This document shows, piece by piece, positions 28,931-32,807 of a stretch of 32,807 nucleotides of DNA. A program made the translations under genes and the position numbers. The stretch comes from Candidatus Latescibacterota bacterium (GTDB lineage: Bacteria > Latescibacterota > UBA2968 > UBA8231): positions 1-32,807 of the forward strand of contig CBDBIJ010000098.1 in assembly GCA_965205655.1 (NCBI GenBank), read 5' to 3'. The notes beneath the pieces are model-generated. The model was given only the letters and a program-made list of their open reading frames with translations, did not search any database and was not told the DNA's origin. Position 1 is the stretch's first letter. Each line of letters opens with the position of its first letter.

Positions 28931-29815
28931 ATGCTTTTGAAATCCCGTCGTCGTCTCATCGCCATTCAGCTGTTCGCCTTCGGCCTCCTGAGCGTCCAGT
29001 CGATGTCGGGGTGCGCCCGAGCGCGACTGGCGCTTACGGGCTCGCTCATACAGGACGTGGCGGCTGCGGCGAGCAAGAATGACGACGTCGATCTCGTCAG
29101 CGAGGCGGCTCCGACCTGGTTGCTGCTGGTCGAAGGGCTCTTGGAGCGCCATCCGCACGACCGCAGCCTCCTGATCGCGGCTGCCGAGGCCTATACTTCG
29201 TACGGGGCCATCGTCGAGATCAAAGATCCCGAGCGAGCGCGGCGAATCTATGAGCGCGCAAAACACTACGGGCTCTCGGCTCTGTCCCGCAACGAGCGGG
29301 TGGCCGAGCTGCTGTCGGCTCCCTTTGAGGACTTCGAATCGGTACCTGCAGCTCTGGACAGTCGGGATCTTAAAACCGTGTTCTGGGCCGCCAGCAGCTG
29401 GGGCGCGTGGATAAGCGCGAACACGACCTCCATGGCGGCGCTCGCCCAACTGCCAAGAGTGATCCTGCTCATGGAATGGGTGCTGGAAGAGGACGAGTCC
29501 TACTACCACGGTAGTCCGCACATCTTTCTGGGTGTATATCACGCGGCTCTACCTCCGGCACTGGGTGGCGACGCCGAAAGGTCCCTCCACCACTTCGACA
29601 GAGCTGAGGAACTGAGCGGCGGTCATGCGGCGATGGTCTATGTCCAGAAGGCGCGCTTCTATGCGCGCCAAACCTTCGATCGCGAACTCTACGAGTCACT
29701 CCTTCACACGGCATTGAGCGTACAGGCTAACGGGATTCCGGAGTTGACGCTGCAAAACGAAGTGGCAAAACGAATGGCCATGAAGCTGCTCGATGAGGCA
29801 GATGAGTTCTTCTAA
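28931..29815 (+). CDS. TRAP transporter TatT (T) component lipoprotein
   Basis: Lipobox (SMSG-C), AAP..LLLVEGLL, FWAASSWGAWI, DESYYHG.PH.FLG, PPALGG..ERS..HF.RA and L.NEVAK..A..LL....EFF; directly upstream of a DctP/Q/M set. Confidence 0.82.
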   Translation: MLLKSRRRLIAIQLFAFGLLSVQSMSGCARARLALTGSLIQDVAAAASKNDDVDLVSEAAPTWLLLVEGLLERHPHDRSLLIAAAEAYTSYGAIVEIKDPERARRIYERAKHYGLSALSRNERVAELLSAPFEDFESVPAALDSRDLKTVFWAASSWGAWISANTTSMAALAQLPRVILLMEWVLEEDESYYHGSPHIFLGVYHAALPPALGGDAERSLHHFDRAEELSGGHAAMVYVQKARFYARQTFDRELYESLLHTALSVQANGIPELTLQNEVAKRMAMKLLDEADEFF

Positions 29816-30830
29816 AAGACCGCCCTTTAGAGCGGTCTTCATCTGCATCGCGATGCTGTGCCTGCAGCTTTCCGCTTGGGCGCAGCAGCATACGATCAAA
29901 GTGGCTACCATCGCCCCCGAGGGCAGCAGCTGGGTCGCCGCTCTCCGCGATATCGATCGCGACGTACGAACACAGACAGACGGGACTGTGCGCCTGAAGA
30001 TCTATCCCGGCGGTGTCCAAGGAGACGAAGACGTCATGATCCGCAAGATCCGCGTCGGACAGCTCCACGCCGGCGGATTCGGCGGAAAGGGTGTGAGCGA
30101 CATATTCGCCGACGTCCTCGCCCTGGAGACTCCGTTTCTGTTCAATGGCTACGAAGAAATCGACTACGTCCTCGAACAGATGGCGGATTACTTCGAGGAA
30201 GGCTTCGCCCGCAACGGATACGTGCTTCTGGGATGGGCGGATGTGGGGTTCGTCTACCTGCTCTCGAAGATTCCGGTAGCCAGCGCCGAGGATCTCAAGG
30301 GTCCCAAGGTTTGGCGTTTGCAGCGCGAGCCGATAACGGAGGTTCTGTTCGAGAAGGCCGAAGTCACCTCCGTTCCCCTGTCGATTCCCGATGTCCTGCT
30401 CGGTTTGCAGACGAACCTAGTAGAAGTGGTGTACGCCTCACCGGCAGCGGCCATCGTGCTGCAGTGGTTCACCCGAGTGAAGTACATCACCGACCTGCCG
30501 ATCAATTACGCCATCGGTGCCCTCCTCATGGATCGGCGAGTTTTCGAAGAACTGACGCCGGAACATGGGAGAATTCTGCGCGATGTGTCGCGGCGGCACA
30601 TCCGCGCGCAAATGGAGAAAAGCCGCGTCGACAACGAAGATGCCCTCGCGGTGATGGAGCAGCAGGGACTGATCCGGGTCATTCCCCCTGATAGTGAAAT
30701 CGAATCGTTCAAGGATCTGGTTGCCGACTCTCTGCCAGACTTGCTCGACAGCGCGTTTTCGCAAGAATCCTACGATCTCGTTCAGAGCTATCTGGCCGAG
30801 TTCCGACAATCCGGGTCAGCCTCTCAGTGA
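29802..30830 (+). CDS. TRAP substrate-binding protein (DctP/TatP)
   Basis: Signal peptide, IKVATIAPEGSSW, IYPGGVQGDE..MIRKIRVGQL, WADVGF and DVL.GLQT. Confidence 0.9.
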   Translation: MSSSKRPPFRAVFICIAMLCLQLSAWAQQHTIKVATIAPEGSSWVAALRDIDRDVRTQTDGTVRLKIYPGGVQGDEDVMIRKIRVGQLHAGGFGGKGVSDIFADVLALETPFLFNGYEEIDYVLEQMADYFEEGFARNGYVLLGWADVGFVYLLSKIPVASAEDLKGPKVWRLQREPITEVLFEKAEVTSVPLSIPDVLLGLQTNLVEVVYASPAAAIVLQWFTRVKYITDLPINYAIGALLMDRRVFEELTPEHGRILRDVSRRHIRAQMEKSRVDNEDALAVMEQQGLIRVIPPDSEIESFKDLVADSLPDLLDSAFSQESYDLVQSYLAEFRQSGSASQ

Positions 30831-31336
30831 CCGGCGTCGAGCGCGGCTCCACCCCTTCACTCATCCGAATCCATCACCGCCTCGAAGAGGGGCTGCTGCT
30901 CGTGTTAATGGCCTGCATGCTTCTGCTCGCTTTCGGGCAGATCGCACTGCGAAATCTCTTCGATATCACCATCCTCTGGGCAGATCCGCTGGTTCGGCAC
31001 CTGGTGCTGTGGACGAGCTTTCTGGGAGCGCTCATTGCCACTCGCCAGGGCAGGCACATTCGCATAGACGCGCTGTGGCGAATCCTCCCTCCTGCAGGTC
31101 GCCGACTCGCGCACATGCTGACCTCACTCTGCTCGGCAGTCGTCTGCGCCGTCATGAGTTGGGTCGCCGTGCGCTTTGTCGCCGATGAGCGGACCTTTGG
31201 CGACGTGGGCCTGTTCGACCTCCCCGTGTGGCTTTTTCAGCTTGTGTTTCCACTCACTTTCGGTCTCATGGCGCTCCGGTTTCTCGACTCCTTCTGTCGC
31301 GACGGCGTCGCCTGGTTGAGAGGTCGACCTGCGTGA
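30827..31336 (+). CDS. TRAP small permease (DctQ)
   Basis: Four TM segments with QIALRN, WADPLVRHLVLW..FLGA..A and HIRID; the GTG overlaps the previous stop. Confidence 0.9.
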   Translation: MTGVERGSTPSLIRIHHRLEEGLLLVLMACMLLLAFGQIALRNLFDITILWADPLVRHLVLWTSFLGALIATRQGRHIRIDALWRILPPAGRRLAHMLTSLCSAVVCAVMSWVAVRFVADERTFGDVGLFDLPVWLFQLVFPLTFGLMALRFLDSFCRDGVAWLRGRPA

Positions 31337-32600
31337 CGAGCCTTGCTGCGGTCGTCCTCGCCGTCCTCGGGACGCCGCTCTTCGTCATCATCTCAGCGCT
31401 GGCGCTGGCCAGCTTTGCCGCCAGCGGCGCGAACCTCACCGTCGTCTTCATCGAGATGTACCGCATGGCGGACGCCCCGGCCATCACGGCCATTCCCCTG
31501 TTCGCCTTCAGCGGCTTCGTGCTCGCCGAGAGTGGCGCCGCCAATCGTCTCGTGCGACTCTCGGAGTCGCTCCTCGGATGGCTTCCGGGCGGCCTTGCCA
31601 TCATGACCATCGCCGTCTGCGCTGTGTTGACGGCCTTTACCGGCGCCTCCGGGATGACGATCGTCGCCGTGGGAGGGCTTTTCTTTCCCGCTCTCCAGCA
31701 GAGTGGCTACTCGGAGAGATTCTCCCTCGGACTGCTGACAACGTCGGGCAGCATCGGTCTCCTCTTTCCTCCCAGCATCACTCTCATTCTGTACGGCATC
31801 ATATCCGAGACACCGGTGGACAAACTCTTCATCGCCGGAGTGGCGCCCGGCGTACTCCTCGTCGCGGCGCTTGCGGCGTACGGCTATCTGATCGGCAAGG
31901 GGCAAACCGATGGGGCGGCGGCGTCTTCTCCCCCGCATCGGGACTCGTCGGCTCGCCGGATCCCGGCGATTCGGAGCGCGGTTTGGGAGTTGCTTCTGCC
32001 CGTTGTCGTGATCGGCGGAATCTACAGTGGCACGATAGCAGTGAGCGAAGCGGCCGCCCTCAGCGCCCTCTACATCCTCATCGTCGAGATGGCCATCCAC
32101 AGGGAGATCACCTTCGGGCAGCTCCCCGGGATCATACGGGACACCATGGTCCTCGTCGGCAGCATCTTCATCATCCTCGCGGCCGCGCTCGCGTATACCA
32201 GCTTCATGATCGATACAGAGGTTCCTCAGAGACTGCTCGGATACATCGAGGCACATATCAGCAGCCGGCTCGTCTTCCTCATACTGCTGAACGTCTTCTT
32301 GCTGGCGGTTGGTTGCCTCATCGACATGTTTTCCGCGCTCTTCGTGGTTGTTCCTCTCATCCTCCCCATCGCTGAGGCATTCGGAGTCCACCCATTCACC
32401 TGGGCATCATCTTTATCGCCAATCTCGAAATCGGCTATTGCACGCCTCCGGTGGGGATGAATCTCTTCATCGCCAGTGCCCGGTTCTCGCGGCCCGTCCT
32501 CAGTCTCTACCGTGCCTCCCTCCCCTTTCTGGGCATCCTCTTGGTAGCCCTTCTCATCATAACATACGTACCGCAGCTGTCTCTGTTCCTGGTGCAGTAA
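31333..32600 (+). CDS. TRAP large permease (DctM); one base missing at about 32391-32393
   Basis: AIPLF, GWLPGGLA, FTGASG and GSIGLLFPPS. After the frameshift comes HP(I)HLGIIFIANLEIGYCTPPVGMNLFIAS...ITYVPQLSLFLVQ*. Confidence 0.9.
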
Positions 32601-32602
32601 CG

Positions 32603-32807
32603 GTGGCGAAGAAAACTCAGACGCCCTGGCTGCGTGCCGTCGTGTTCGGCGTTCTGGTGGCACCTATCACCGTCGTCGGTCGCGATGATGCGGCCTTCCG
32701 GGAGTGGCTGGCGGAGCTTCGAAAAGAGGCTCTCTCAAAGGGGATCTCCCCAGCCGCGCTCGACCTCGCGCTGGATTCACTCACTCCGAACGAGCGCGTA
32801 CTGGAGC
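32603..32807 (+). CDS. Lytic murein transglycosylase (MltB/SLT_2-like), 5' part only
   Basis: Signal peptide followed by FREWLAELRKEALSKGISPAALD.AL......RVLE, the typical N-terminus of family-3 lytic transglycosylases. It runs off the right edge. Confidence 0.7.
   Translation, partial: MAKKTQTPWLRAVVFGVLVAPITVVGRDDAAFREWLAELRKEALSKGISPAALDLALDSLTPNERVLE

Noticed and set aside
31393..32391. 332-aa minus-strand ORF
   Set aside because: It is the antisense shadow of the hydrophobic dctM coding sequence.

Overview
GC-rich bacterial chromosomal window made mostly of housekeeping genes. The Bacteroidota-type bS22 and the LeuRS type hint at the FCB group (for example Latescibacterota/Gemmatimonadota-like); this taxonomy is inference only. 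The minus strand (1-24.9 kb, read right to left) carries a 45-aa FliF-C-like ORF, mreB-mreC, HU-bS22-tRNA-Arg/Pro/Pro, miaA, then tRNA-Gly followed by a TPR/SLH lipoprotein, a FlgT-like protein, a PDZ/radical-SAM (DUF512) protein, der and a MerR-family regulator. It continues with rimP-nusA-infB-DUF503-rbfA-truB/riboflavin kinase-rpsO-pnp, then asnS and leuS (runs off the left edge). A heavily frameshifted MFS gene lies on the plus strand at 20.5-21.8 kb. The plus strand (25.1-32.8 kb) carries a hypothetical protein, two lipoproteins, an aminopeptidase, a kduD-like gene, a four-gene TatT-type TRAP transporter and the start of a lytic transglycosylase. Several essential genes have single-base homopolymer frameshifts, most likely long-read assembly errors. 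The best candidates for novelty are an apparently genuine TruB::riboflavin-kinase fusion lacking the FAD-synthetase domain, the stand-alone FliF-C-like microprotein upstream of mreB, the TPR-SLH/FlgT-like envelope module and a LeuRS with several altered signature motifs. I found no mobile element or CRISPR array.
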